Shown: positions 35,310-49,107 of the stretch, in pieces
How the letters are laid out: every line of letters starts with the position of its first letter
Position numbering within the stretch: the stretch's first letter is position 1
From: Haliotis cracherodii
Lineage: Eukaryota
NCBI RefSeq assembly: GCF_022045235.1
Contig: NW_027266343.1
Coordinates: 43,152,001 to 43,216,000, forward strand
Length of the DNA stretch: 64,000 nt
Reading direction: 5' to 3'
Notes under the pieces: generated by a model
The model's database searches: none
Seen by the model: only the letters and a program-made list of their open reading frames with translations
Told to the model about the DNA's origin: nothing
Translations under genes and position numbers: made by a program

Positions 35310-38088
35310 TCAAATAACTCTGTAGAGAAATAGTATGCCAGACATATCTATGAAATAATTAGGAATAATAACTCGTGACACTTGTCTCCATTTCCCCTCC
35401 TTTTCTAGAGAGTCCATGAGTGGCTCCAGGCGATCTTTGTATTCATCCACGTCTCTCAGGAACACTTCACGCATTACTATGCATATAATTCCGCCTGGAA
35501 AACAAAATGTTCCTTGCAATTTACACTTGTCTGAGGGGTACACAAAGTACGTGATCTAGACTACCAGTTGGCGGACTTTCAAGTTGTCGAAGCCTTGGGG
35601 GCTGAGTGGGTTATATCGCTGACTTTGTGTGAAGGCGATTAGGTGCCTCAATCTAGCAGTGTGGGTTTGAATCCGGAATGGGATTCAATCCAGATAAGTA
35701 CTTGGATCCTGACAGTTACACTGTTAGCTACTGGAGCCACATAGTGAAACATTGTTAACAGAAAAACAGTGTTTTCACTTTGGATTAGAGAAACCCGAAA
35801 AAGTCATCACACACCTCAGATTAGGTCTTGTAAGGCAGACCGAGAGTTCGAAACAGTTGATAATACCTTATTACTGGAATACGATGATTGCGAACAAATT
35901 ATAGAATCTATGCTGACACACTATCTTCACCAATAAATCTAAAATCTCAATCTGACAGAAATACAAGCCAATCTGGATTTATCAATACTCCTAATGTGTT
36001 CGGCTGCTTAACATGACTAGAACAAGAATACTTTAAACAGTGACCAAGCACATCTAGTACTCACCTGGTTTTACGATCCGGATCATCTCAGGAATTCCGG
36101 AACACGGAATGTGTCCTTCCCCCATCCCCCCGCTGGAGACGGCACAGTCGTATGTATCTGCAATGTTTGAATATCAATTATTGAGACCCCATTGAACGTA
36201 AACACCAAATAGTAATCAAAACCATTGTTTACCAGTGTCTGGTACTGTGAGGCCATGAAGCCTAATCACACTAAAATACAACAATAACACCAGGCGTCAA
36301 TACAATCAAAAACATTCATCTCTAACTTAAGACGTTTAAAAAGTAATAAAATGATAATAATTATGTTTAGCCTTTTAGACTGAAAAGATAAGTCGACAAC
36401 ATTTTGGTATTCAATCCTTCCAAACATTGCCGATTTCAATATGCCACACGATGAAGTTCCCAATATTGAATGTTCACACTCTGGTAATCAGGATACGTTG
36501 AGCCAACTCATAAAACGCGTTTGAGACAAGTAGGCGGTGTACAGAATTTGGGCAAACATATTTGGTTTGTTAGAGGTAGGGAGGGTGCACGCATGTTGGG
36601 CACGTGCAGGTCATGACGATGTTATTGACTACGCTCCCGCGTGTTGTTCATCAGAATATTAAGAGGTCGGTGTGACAAGTCGATACCAGAAGACTTAGAA
36701 GAGACCCTCACATATCCATCGTTCTACTTGTCGCGGACCACCCGTTATCCCGCATTTATTGTCATATGGGGTTAGTTGTCAAGTCACAACTAAACCTTTC
36801 CTGGCTTACCAGTAATAGATTGTACGTGGTATTTTGGGCAATTTCCGACAAGGTTCGAAAATCTTCGGTACGAGCATAGTCTATCAGATTTACATTGTCT
36901 ATTCATATGTTGACTAGATTACCATTGGGGATAGACAGTGGGACCTCGCACAGATACTCGATGTAATAGTCCTCGTACAAGCCCTTCTCCTTCGCCCTCA
37001 GCAGCATCTTGCTGGAAGGTTCCAGTGCGTCAATGTGAACAAACCCATGGGTCTTCAGCTGCAACAAAGGCGACACATATTATGTCCCATTCCATATCTT
37101 TATCAGTGTGGCTACTAAGACAACCCTCAGAGGGTTACCCTGGAAGACCTGCCATGCTAAGAGGGCCAGTGTGTCACTATTGCTGTATCACACTGTACAT
37201 TCGGACAATACAATATGATTCAAAATACAAAAAAGATAAGGCAATGCATTTTCACTGTGATCGCGCCCGGTCCTAAAAATGACACATCCCTTGTTTCATT
37301 GACCTTGAGTATATGCTTCTTGATGAAGAGTTACTGTCTGAACAAACTTCACGTCAAAAATTCCTCAGGGCTATAAAAGAAATATATTTGATATTTTATC
37401 CTTGATATGGCCCTGAACACTGCATGATTTCAAAACCAGTGCGGCGTTGGTCAAATTCTGGCAAAACCTGAAATCATTCCCTATTTACATTGGGCTGCGG
37501 AATTATTTACTCAGATCCAATGACCTTACATGTTCAGCTACGAAGCCAGTTCCTGCAGCGATGTCTATAATCTTCTTCTTCTCCCTGTCGTCTTCAAAGT
37601 AATCAGCAACTACCTTGCCTGCTATCATGGGACCCTTGTACCGCCCTGGACAAAGATCCTGAAATACATCTGCTTGATAGAATTCAATGAAAGGCTCGGT
37701 AGCTCAACTGTTTTTACTGGAATGTTTCCAACAATAGATTTATTAGAAAAAATCGTAAAAAGAATACACAAATAGGCCAGAGGATGAAACAAAGCTTTAT
37801 AGCAGCGTCAAGCAACATTTTCAGTGATCCATTCATATAACTTTCACAGCTATTTTGCATCCTCTTCCCAATGGAATTTGTTTCGGCGGATAATCGAGAC
37901 AGACTATTCTCTGGCGTTGGCGGTTTATGTTCACACTATGTTCCTACCTTCTCATATTTCCTACTCCAGGTTGAATATTGTTCAACAGCCTGAGAAATTG
38001 TTATCCCCTTCCTGTGAACACAATGCGCCTCCCTGATCGCCTCGAAGTCTTCTTCGTCCCAGACATGGGAAACGGTTTTTTCACTCAT
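35310..38088 (-). CDS. METTL27-like: METTL27/WBSCR27-like class I SAM methyltransferase, copy 1, 227 aa. Exons 38088-37948, 37658-37530, 37058-36923, 36157-36065, 35494-35310
   Basis: GT-AG introns, 684 nt open; motifs YSTWSRKYEKDL..GRYKGP, IIDIAAGTG (motif I), GFVHIDALEPSSKML..AKEKGLY, DTYDCAVSSGGMGEGHIP, EMIRIVKPGGIICI. Confidence 0.9.
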
Positions 38089-38639
38089 CACTGGCTATGC
38101 TTCTCTGCTGATAACATATGGTGATCCTCGCTCTTTATGCTCTGGACGTTCTGTGGTCAGGTAGAAGTTTTATCAAGTACAAAAAACCTCTGGTTCTCGA
38201 CCCTTGTTCTCAGCTGATCAGCTGCTGTTCTCCCGTTGATCTCCACAAGTTATCTGTCTCCTCTGCTAATCAAATCTGTATTTAAGGGGTAGGAGAAGGT
38301 CAAATTCCTCAAATTCCGTTGTACTTCAGGGTTGTTCAGTAAAAAGCCTATCCCGAGCAAAGATAGATATAGCAGCGGGCAACAATACCGGGCTCCAAGC
38401 CACACTTCCACGAACCGGATTTTCACGTGAAACATACATGGAGGACTATTTGGATAGTCTATATTATGGCTAAACAGAACCAGATTATTCATGGCTTTAG
38501 CTAACTTAGCAGACAGACATTTATATGTGTGTCCTTTTGAAAAAAACTCAGATACATATTAGTTTCAAAACCAAAAGACTAATGGTTCAAGAACCATTTT
38601 AAAGAAAATTATTTGTACTTGAGTTTGAATCCTTGAGTT

Positions 38640-39903
38640 TGAATCATGTCACTACAGGTTTAGGAAAACACATTCTCACTGCATTAGAATCTTAAACCTA
38701 CCTTCATGACAAGTATATAACACAGATGGTAGTACCTCCAGTTTGTTTAATGTCACTACACGTTTAGGAAAACACATTCTCACTGCATTAGAATCTTAAA
38801 CCCACCTTTCTTGACAAGTATATAACACAGATGGTAGTTCCTCCAGTTTGTATCATGTCACTACAGGTTTAGGAAAACACATTCTTACTTCATTAGAATC
38901 TTCAACCTACCTTTCTGACAAGTATATACCACCTATAGTTTTACCCCCAGTTTCTATCATGTTACTACAGATTTAGATAAACACATTCTCACTACATTAG
39001 AATCTTAAACCTACCTTCCTGACAAGTATATAACACTGATAGTATTACCTACAGTTTGTATCATGTCACTACACGTTTAGGAAAACACATTTTTACTTCA
39101 TTAGAATCTTAAATCTACTTTCCTGTCAAGTATATAACACCTATAATAGTACCTATAGTTAGTATCATGTCACTACAGGTTTAGGAAAACACATTCTTAC
39201 TTCATTAGAATCTTAAACCTACCTTCATGACAAGTATATAACACCTATAATAGTACCTCCAGTTTGTATCATGTCACTACAGGTTTAGGAAAACACATTC
39301 TCACTGTATTAGAATCTTAAACCTACCTTCCTGACAAGTATATAACACAGATGGTAGTTTCTCCAGTTTGTATTATGTCACTACAGGTTTAGGAAAACAC
39401 ATTCTTACTTCATTAGAATCTTAAACCTACCTTCATGACAAGTATATAACACCTATAATAGTACCTCCAGTTTGTATCATGTCACTACAGGTTTAGGAAA
39501 ACACATTCTCACTGTATTAGAATCTTAAACCTACCTTCCTGACAAGTATATAACACAGATGGTAGTTTCTCCAGTTTGTATTATGTCACTACAGGTTTAG
39601 GAAAACACATTCTTACTTCATTAGAATCTTAAACCTACCTTCCTGTCAAGTACATAACACCTATAATTGTACCTCCAGTTTGTATCATGTCACTACAGGT
39701 TTAGGAAAACACATTCTCACTGTATTAGAATCTTAAACCTACCTTCCCGTTCAGTATATACCACCTAAAGTATTACCTCCAGTTTGTATCATGTCACTAC
39801 AGGTTTAGGAAAACACATTCTTACTTCATTAGAATCTTAAACCTACCTTCCTGACAAGTATAGAACACAGATGGTAGTACCTCAAGTTTGTATCATGTCA
39901 CTT
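38640..39903. repeat. 104-bp minisatellite (~12 copies, partly 208-bp dimeric) upstream of METTL27-like copy 1
   Basis: CATGTCACTACAGGTTTAGGAAAACACATTC recurs every ~104 bp. Confidence 0.95.
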
Positions 39904-41192
39904 AGGGTCCTAGCTCCTTTCATAAGGAAGTAGTTAGTACATCCGGTTTGGATTACCTAACACATTATTCCTGCATTAAACTAACATGGCCTCTGGTTCT
40001 AGCTCAGCTTCATTTAAGTAATTGATACTTTCAGGTTTTTTTTGTCACTTCCGGTTATAAAACTATCAGGTTTACTGCTTTAAAACTAAAACTATAGTAA
40101 TCACTGTAACATAATTTACAACAAAGTGTTTGGTCTTGTTTTAAACATTATTTAATTCCCAATTACCCAAGTTGGTAGACTGATATCGGTCCAGAATTCG
40201 AAATATTTAACCCTTTTTATTTCTAAACGTCAGTGTGGGAAATAATCAGTCCCGATTATTTGCCGTAACAGATTATAGAATAACGATGAAGAGTTTATGA
40301 ATGGATCCCTGTGATGACACAAACAGTGTAAACGTGTCCTGCATAATGCTGATGAGGAAGCAACTTCTTTCTATGAATGTCTACCATTTCTGGAACGACT
40401 TGACCAGGACTCTTGATGGTGAAGCCTTGATGAAAAAGCTAAGCTGTAAACAATATGTATCTTTCTATGAAATCTTAATAATAATTACATGCTCTGAAGT
40501 GCTTAAGCAACTGGCTGGAAATGCAGAGGACAATCGTGATGTGAAAACAAAAAAAACCATTCCCCCTTGCCATACAGCAGAAATGTAAAGAGCAAACTTT
40601 AAGGCTCTAGTTCATTGTTAGGCTGATATCTGTGCAAAGTTTGCTTCAGAAATATTGAACAGTCTTTGGCTTATGTTCCGAGAAACATACCCTACCTTCA
40701 ATTGAAACAGTCCAGTTTTTAATTATTCCTAAATAACACATTCTCACTGTATTAGAAACAAGTTCGTGACTAGCCTGATGTCTGTGCAAAGTTTTGGTCC
40801 AGAAATTCTGAACTGTATCTGATTTATGCACTGGAAGCAACGTGGCGGAAGGACTTAAGCATACGACTTTTATTAAGCAAACCTGAAAATTCATTATTGA
40901 ATGCCCCAAAAATGAAGACGCAACATATGTTTATACATAATGACACCATTCAATGTTTTCTATGCAGAACCTTTGAAGAAACGATTTAAAAAGTATTTTT
41001 ATAAGAAATTAGAAGAAGATTCCCCACAGGTCCGCAACCAAAGGAAATATTTGGAAACAGTTAACACGATTGGATGTTACCGAGTTAGGAGAAAACTCCT
41101 TCTTAGAAAGTCTGGCAATATTTCACGTGGAAGGTTCAGAGGAAAAGTGTTTGAAGACATAAATGCACTCACAAAATGCAACCAGGAACAAG

Positions 41193-41214
41193 AGTGAGTG
41201 AGTGAGTGGGTGAG

Positions 41215-41250
<36 letters not shown>

Positions 41251-41510
41251 TGAGTGAGTGAGTGAGTGAGTGAGTAACGACGCTTTTGAAAATATTCCAG
41301 TTTATCATGGCGTGTCGGCTTGATGTGGGAGGAAAGCCCGAAGCTATGTAGGTATCTGACGTTTACCACTTTAGTGAAATCCACGATCACGGGTGTGGTG
41401 CTGACAAACCTAGAAACATAATCAGGGCGAACCGGGATTCGAACCCACAATCATAGGTTTCTGGCGTGCCAAGGGACGCAACTCTTCACTCTGCGCCATA
41501 GACGACTAAG
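41193..41510 (-). mobile_element. SINE family 2 with GAGT/GCGT tail
   Basis: GGGAGGAAAGCCCGAAG...GACAAACCTAGAAACATAATC core shared with 44528, 47131 and 52264. Confidence 0.8.
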
Positions 41511-41829
41511 AAAAAAAATGTGCAACATATGGCATCAAAACTACATGCAAATTTTCAATATTGAACACGAATAAAGTTTGTATTGCAAAATTTATGAGAG
41601 AGTAGAAATAAATAAAATCTAATATGTCCGCAAAGAAAAAGCAGATATCAGAAAAAGGACAACACAGACTGATGTATTAAGTATCGCGATAATGAAATCC
41701 TAGAAAGTTTTTGAAACTAAAACAATACGACGATTACAATAGGGCTTCCAGCCATTCTGGTTTGTAGCCCTAATAAAATATACAAATTGACATTGTCTAT
41801 CTCCCCGCTTGGACAAACAACCATTCGAA

Positions 41830-43125
41830 TAACCATGTGTAGTGACTATTAAACGAAGTCATGCACAACATGATTTAACATGGTTTATATGCTTGTATGT
41901 TTTTGCATTTATGAAATAAACAACGACGATCGTACAATAAAACACTGCGCATCTCGTGGTTTATTCACCTTGCAGTGTTTTATTGTACGATAAACGATCA
42001 CGGGTCGTTTATTTCATATATGCGTTCCCCGATTTCTTGCCCTATAAAAATCCACCCAAATCGGATAACATTCGTTTGTTATTGAATTGCTACCATATGC
42101 CAAGATTGACAAGAAATCAGAGACACCAAGCCCTTGGACGATTGTAAGCTGGACAAACCGGCCGGCAAGTAGCCAATGCATTTCGACAGGCCATGGGGAC
42201 ACACCAGCGACACAATAGTGCGGACACCGTGCGTCGACGATTGACGAGCAGACACTTCCACTGTCACAGGCCACACCGAGGACCCATTCTGACACCACGT
42301 CATCGCCGGGACCGTCTTCAGTGGGCAACACAGCACCAGCATTGGCGCCACCAGCAGTGGAGAAGAGCCTCTTTTCAGCCGAGAGCCGTTACTGTATCTC
42401 AACAGCAGATGGCAGAGAGAGAGAGTCTGGCGACGCCGTGGGGAACGTTATTCGGATGCATGTGTTGTTGAGAGAGACTCGTGGGGTGGTCCGAGCATCA
42501 TGGTGTGGGGTGGAATTGGTCTTGCACAGAGGGTCGGCACTGTGGTCTTCCAGAACATTGGTCCTGGTAGAGGCAATGGTGTCACAGCAGCTCGGTACAT
42601 TGATCAAGTCTTGAGACCACTAGCCATACCTCATTTGGTACGTCGCCGCAATCACGAGCTTCAACATGATAACGCTCGTGCCCACACTGCGAGAGCAACA
42701 AGAGACTTCATTCGGCAGAATGGCATCAGAACCATGCAGTGGCCTGCCCTCATCTCATTGAGCACCTTTTGGACGAGATTCAAAGACGGCTAAATGACGT
42801 CCGACCAAGGCCGACAACTGCAGCTGAAATGCGTCAGGTGTTTTTCCACGGCCTCCATCAACCGCCTCATCCATTCCATGTATCGACGCTGCACGGCAGT
42901 CTTTAATGCACATGGCGGACACACGAGATACTTGTGATACCATTTTCGCCGAGAATAGTGTTGTGTTTCACTTTAAGAACATTTGACACTTTAATTTCAA
43001 CCTTGATGATCAGTTTTGCCAAGTTTTATCCTTTTAATATGTCTCAAAGTATGTTTACAGTGTTTGGAGAAATAAGGTTTATCATCTATATATCCATGGT
43101 GACGTTTCCTTTGCGGTTCAGTATA
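41830..43125 (+). mobile_element. Tc1-like transposon relic (left end uncertain)
   Basis: MPRL.. at 42097, TVRRRL..RPHRGPILT, MVWGGI, LQHDNARAHTAR, QWPA, HGGHTRY; right end GCGGTTCAGTATA; frameshifts and deletions. Confidence 0.88.
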
Positions 43126-43708
43126 TATGAAGGCTGTTTTACTGGTCTCTTTTATTTCTTGTCAGGTATGTAAATCCGTGGAAGGGAAGTGGCTATGTGG
43201 CCATTATTTAACAATATCATTAACACTACGTAACCTTTGTGGCCATACCCCAACTATATCAACAAGACGATAAGGGTGCTTTCTAAATGACTGCAGTAGT
43301 GACTCTATTGAAAATCGGATTCAAACCACTTGAACAAAATCTGTTTCAGCTTCATTCGTCCAGTAGTTTCTGAGAAGATGCAGTTTACAGTACCCAGATC
43401 ATACGACGAAACACCCTAAGAGTAGTAAAGGTGCAAATGTCAAATCAATATATAAAATATACCCCATCCCCACCCCCCACCCCCCACCCCCAGATCGGAG
43501 CGTGTTGAGCCCTATTACTAACGTATCAAAGTCCATTTCATTTTGAATCCATATTGATAATCGGATTCAAACCTCTTGAAAAGATTCAAGTGTCATCATT
43601 AGTAGGAACGTGCAGATGAAGATTCATATTGATTGGTCCAGTGGTTTCTGAGAAGAACATGCCAGCGGATGATTTTAAATACATATCCCACCTAACGTAG
43701 GTCTTATA

Positions 43709-43847
43709 NNNNNNNNNNNNNNNNNNNNNNNNNNNNNNNNNNNNNNNNNNNNNNNNNNNNNNNNNNNNNNNNNNNNNNNNNNNNNNNNNNNNNNNNNNNN
43801 NNNNNNNNNNNNNNNNNNNNNNNNNNNNNNNNNNNNNNNNNNNNNNN
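43709..43847. other. Assembly gap near the junction of the two duplicate units
   Basis: Run of n. Confidence 1.
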
Positions 43848-44527
43848 TAAGTCTCATATTATCCTTATAGATTCACTCAAAATGTAAAGGTACAATCAAT
43901 ATCATGAGTATTCACTTAAATATGTCGGCAATATTCCTTTAAATGCCTTCCACTCGAATAATCTATGATGATAACTCGCGTCAACTCACGTCCGATACCC
44001 ACACCTATCAAATATGTTCAATTCACATACTGGTTTGGATAAAAAGCAAAGCATAGATTAATAACTATGGTCCGTTCCAACTTTTTGTATCTTTAGTTGA
44101 GTAAGAATATTGCTGACATCAAGAAAAAAATCAAGAATCTGTCAAACTGTAGACAGTCGTAAGCTCTGGTGAGTAATCACTTTTAATTACATTATCATAT
44201 TTGAAACTAAAAAAGTAAAACTTTTTTCTGATAATAAAATGTATATTATTATGAACATATTTTATATTTCATGTTTAATTTATTACAACTTAGAGTAGTG
44301 TCAATATGTCACCTTTGAAGAAAAAAAGACAAAAGGATAAGTTAAGCAATGCATTAATATAATCTGCTATCTTTCAAAGAGTGAGTGAGTATGGTTGTAC
44401 GCCGCTTTTAGCAATATTCCAGCAATATCACGGCGGGGGACACCAGAAATGGTCTTTCAAAGAACACGGGCAACGAAAGGACCTGTGACAGGTGTGATAT
44501 CGCTATCAAGACTATTGGTTTCTATTA

Positions 44528-44804
44528 AGTGAGTGAGTTGGGTTTAACGCCGCTTTTAACATTATTACAGTCATAGCATGGCGTGACAGCTTAATCTGAG
44601 AGGAAAGCCCGAAGTGATGCAGGTCTCAGACGTTTACCACTTCGGTGAAACCCACGATCACGGGTATGGTGCTGACAAACCTAGAAACATAATCCGGGCG
44701 AACCGATATTCGAACCAACAATCTTAGTTTTTTGGCGTGCCCAAGTGACGCAACTTTGCACAGCGAATCGCGACGCCTTAAATGTCTGGGCCAACCGCGC
44801 CCCC
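44528..44804 (-). mobile_element. SINE family 2 with 13-bp TSD
   Basis: GGTTTCTATTAAG on both flanks. Confidence 0.88.
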
Positions 44805-44829
44805 GGTTTCTATTAAGATACACTTTATA

Positions 44830-45008
44830 TACAGTAACTCCTTTGTGTCGAAAATGAAGTGACGTACGTTAATACTTCGAAGTACCCAAGGTTCGACACA
44901 ATAAGAAAAATAGATGAATAAAGAAGGAATACGCAGGAATCAAGCTTTCACTTCGAGACAACCGTTAATTCGACACATCAAAGTTCGACACAACGGTGTT
45001 TGAATGTA
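44830..45008. mobile_element. Tc1/pogo-type MITE-like element
   Basis: TA-CAGT start, ATG-TA end, internal TGTCGAA/TTCGACA inverted motifs. Confidence 0.5.
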
Positions 45009-45639
45009 TGTCATATATATCATATGTACATACACACTGCATGTTTCCAGATTATTAAATTCATTTTTTACAAATTACATTTTATAATACTATTAATAGA
45101 AATGTTTAGTGATATTATTTATATACTCAGGGGTAAAAGGAAGTTTACAAATATTGACACAATTATTTTCACACAATATTCTATGTCTAGCATTAATAAT
45201 TATATCAACATTTTTTCGTAATATAAAACATCATTAAATTTTGCTTGTCCGAAAAACGTTTACAACTCCAGTTTGCACCTGAGTTTAGTCACAAAAGCTT
45301 TGGATCTAAACGACCATTGGTTAGACATAAAACAGATTGTGGTCGATTTACAATCTGATGTTTATAGGGGGGAGGGGGAGGGTTGAGGGTGTGTGTGTGT
45401 GGAGGGGGGCGGGGGGGGGGAGAGAATGATCCTGAAAGGGGAGTGATTTGATCCTAGGATAATTACTATCTGGGGTATGTATGTCAGTCCAAGGATTGCA
45501 TCACTCTCGAGTGATTCTATCCGAGGACAGAGTCACTTTAGCGGGAAATTTAAAAGGTGTGATTTAATCCAGTAACACCGGCTCTGCTCCCCCCCCCCCC
45601 AACACTGACACATCAGTCTTCACATGACCCTCACAGTCC

Positions 45640-45739
45640 CAATCTCATTAAAATCAGATCGCTACCGCTAAACATTCGAAATGGCCTCAGATCTTTGTTT
45701 AGCGGTAGCGAGAACTGTGATCTGATTTTAATGAGATTG
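45640..45739. mobile_element. 100-bp MITE, 21-bp TIR, ~10-bp TSD (Mutator-like by TSD length)
   Basis: CAATCTCATTAAAATCAGATC ... GATCTGATTTTAATGAGATTG; TSD CTCACAGTCC/CTCAAAATCC; empty site in gene B exon 3; related half-copy at about 15652-15701. Confidence 0.85.
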
Positions 45740-46000
45740 CTCAAAATCCGGTAGATAGTTGTACACACAGCTCAAGCTTATGTGGGCCTTCCTGTTGAAT
45801 ACAAACTGTCCACACGTAGATCAGTAGATGACCGTTTTTTATCTACACTAAACGAGGCACCAGAAAGTGAAGACAGGAACATATGCCTTCACCATACACC
45901 ATATCTGCAGAATTTCTACGGGTCACTGAAGTCTCTTGGATTTGATCATGGGAACCTGCAGGTGAGATATGGCTGTCGCGCACCTGCGGAATCTCTTGTG

Positions 46001-46160
46001 GTCGGGTAGCCTAGTGGTTAAAGCGTTCGCTCGTCACGCCGAAGAACGGGTTCGATTCCCGACATGGGTACAATGTGTGAAGCCCATTTCTTGTGTCCCC
46101 CGCCGTGATATTGCTGGAATATTGCTAAACGTGGCGTAAAACCATACTCACTCACTCACT
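46001..46160 (+). mobile_element. SINE family 1 inserted in the pseudogene exon
   Basis: A/B boxes; TSD CTTGTGGT; absent from gene B. Confidence 0.9.
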
Positions 46161-47130
46161 TGTGGTGATATCGGTTGTAATGGGGACCAAATATGTGACC
46201 TGTTAGAATGTAGGGGCATGTCATTAGTGTATGGATTTAAGCAATGGGTTAAACAGCATGATGACTTTTAGGGACGGACCACTGGTTTCCACGGTTTCAC
46301 TGAAAGAGAAATACACAAGTTGAGTTCAAATTTCTTAAGACGGTAATAAAACAATCAAATACAATTACAAGTCGAGGGGTGATTCCAACCCTATTACTAC
46401 AAGTCAAGTCCAGCAAGCAGGCGTATCCTACTAGCGGCTGTACAAACAGGTGCAGTCGGAATACCAGACTGACCAACATTATAGATGTTAACAAAATGGA
46501 CAGCAATGGACAGAAATATAGACAATGGCGTTACTTTGAACATATGACTTATGGATGTGATTACAGACACGGCCCAGGGGATAATGGATTAAGGCTCTAA
46601 ATGCCGTCATATGAACCGCTGTGTTAGACTGTGGCCCAACACCGCTATAACGCATGGATTACATCATGTGAAATAGTCTAGATTTCCCAAACGATATAAC
46701 TCAACACTGCACAAATGGGAAGTAGTCCAGAAGCTATAATTCTTAAAAGAAAATAGTTTGACCTTGACCTTGACCTTGACCTTAATAACCTTGTGTGACA
46801 CGTCCATGAGCGATGAAGACGGCGTCCTTAACATCCTATTCACAGAAACAACTAGACCAATGAAGCTAAAACATGGTATCCTGGTTCCGTGTTGTCACCT
46901 GCAGTTGACGAAGAGGTTCGAATCCCAGTTTCTATATGGTCACCATGCTCAACCATAATGAAAACACAATTTTTGGCCTTAACTCGGACATTTGTAGTTT
47001 AAAATATAATGATTTGAGACATGTGTTACTTTCTTCCTTTATATGTTTTTTTTTCATTTGACCTTCTCTAAAGGTGCACATTCGACTCTGAAAACATCCT
47101 CTTCTTCCTATAAAGCTCATATTTAGCATA

Positions 47131-47412
47131 GGGGCACGCTTGGCTCAGTCGTCTAAGGCGGCTCGATTCGCTGTGCGGAGTTGCGTCCCTTGGACACGAC
47201 AGAAACATATGATTGTTGGTTCGAATCCCGGTTCGTATTATGTTTCTTGGTTTGTCAGCACAATACCAGTGCTCGTGGGTTTCACCGAAGTGACAAACGT
47301 CTGAGACCTGCATAGCTTCAGGCTTTCCTCCCACATTAAGCTGACACGCCGTGATATAACTGGAATAATGTTAAAAGCGACGTTAAATCCAACTCACTTA
47401 CTCACTCAGTCA
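47131..47412 (+). mobile_element. SINE family 2, full length
   Basis: GGGGCACGCTTGGCTCAGTCG head, GGTTCGAATCCC B box; TSD CATATTT(A/G)GCAT. Confidence 0.85.
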
Positions 47413-48675
47413 CTCATATTTGGCATGAAAGTAAGGATAACATCATAGCTTGTTCAAATCGTTGTGATTTTATTAGTAGTATTTCAGAAAATGCCGCAAA
47501 AGTCACAATAATTGGAAACATGTTATTTTTAGGGTAACAAAGACTAAATAAGCTCAGGGTGTGCTGAAGGTCATCACAAATGTGTGTTGCCAAGTTGATT
47601 TTGCATAAAATAAACACAACAAATAGTTTGCGTTTTTTCAGAAATGAAAAATCAAATTATGGTTTTTAAAAATGTAATGGTTTCATAAAACATCGAGGTC
47701 AAGAAATAATTGGCATTGTACCGGAAGAAACTTTGGGGGATTTAAAGTCAAGTTTAATGAATATTGCTCAATTATCAATGCATAATGGGTTCCAAAAGAC
47801 TGCGCAGGCGCATCTGTTCTAAGATGCTGAAGATGTGGTGCCAAGCATGGCAGATCCTCCCCTGGCACCGTAACCAAACTAGAGCACATGGCATTACATT
47901 ACAGATACGTCCGACAGAACAAAACCCCTTATCTTTGACTACATGGATAATTTGACGCCGCTTTGAACAGTATTTCAGATATAACATCATGGCATCAGTT
48001 TGATGTTGGAGCGAAGCAGGTTTTAGACGTTGACCACTTCGGTGAAACCCACAGGTACAGATATAGTGCTGACAAAACTAGAAACATAATCGGGACAAAC
48101 CGGGATCGAACCCACTATCATAGGTTTCTGGTGTGCCCAAGGGATGCATTTCTCTAGAAGAACATTAAATTATGCAGTTGAAGTGATTATGTTGCTTACA
48201 GTATTAGTAACAGTTGAAAGAAAATGACCAAAAGAAAACGTCACACAGTGTTTAGTCTGTTGGTGGAGTGGTTTTATGAGTCTTGTTTCCGCGTGTTTGG
48301 GCCCTATATCCACGACCCTGTGACACAGTCCATAACTGAATCTGCAACGCAGCTCATCCACACATCCTCTACCTATTGATGGGTGGTGGGATAGCCCAGA
48401 GGTTAATGCGTTCGCTCGTCACGACGGGATACTGCTAGAATATTGCTGAAAGCGGCAGACAAATATACTCACTCACTCTGCCTCTTGCTGGTTTTAATGT
48501 TGATGTCGACGAAAGAGGTACATACCATCAGTTCAAAACAATGCGTTCTCTATTAAAGCACAACTTGATATAGCCAGCATGGTTAATAAGTGGAGTGTGA
48601 GTGAGCGTATTATTTCCCCCGCACTGTCCTACGTTTTAACCACACGCATATCACACCGGCCTGAAGTATTGAAGA

Positions 48676-48855
48676 NNNNNNNNNNNNNNNNNNNNNNNNN
48701 NNNNNNNNNNNNNNNNNNNNNNNNNNNNNNNNNNNNNNNNNNNNNNNNNNNNNNNNNNNNNNNNNNNNNNNNNNNNNNNNNNNNNNNNNNNNNNNNNNNN
48801 NNNNNNNNNNNNNNNNNNNNNNNNNNNNNNNNNNNNNNNNNNNNNNNNNNNNNNN
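48676..48855. other. Assembly gap
   Basis: Run of n. Confidence 1.
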
Positions 48856-48951
48856 NCACCTCACCTCACTGATTAAGCCTGCGATTACACACTGATGCAG
48901 CCAGGCTGAAGCTGATATTCCTTCCCTATTCCTTCAACGTGGCAACGTCCT

Positions 48952-49107
48952 CGGGTAGCCTAGTGGTTTAAGCGTTCGCTCGTCACGGCGAAGACCCGGG
49001 TTTGAATCCAATGTGAGAAGCCCATTTCTGGTGTCCCCGGCCGTGATATTGCGGAAATATTGCTAAAAACGGCGTAAAACCATACTCACTCACTCACTCA
49101 CTCACTC
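48952..49107 (+). mobile_element. SINE family 1
   Basis: GGGTAGCCTAGTGG head, (CACT)n tail. Confidence 0.85.

Larger units (their letters stand above)
45578..46205 (-). pseudogene. Pseudogene fragment of gene B (exon 2 and part of exon 3)
   Basis: Homologous to 23875-24220; SINE inserted in exon 2, MITE in exon 3, small deletions; no exon 1, 4 or 5 found. Confidence 0.88.

Noticed and set aside
40301-41197. Short ORFs that might be exons
   Set aside because: No recognisable motifs or consistent splice structure; the region is absent from the sister duplicate and is probably inserted repeat debris
46001-46065. tRNA-Asp-like gene (and other tRNA-like heads, e.g. 50895 and 35590)
   Set aside because: These are SINE heads: they continue into SINE bodies or are degenerate, and lack a complete acceptor stem and terminator
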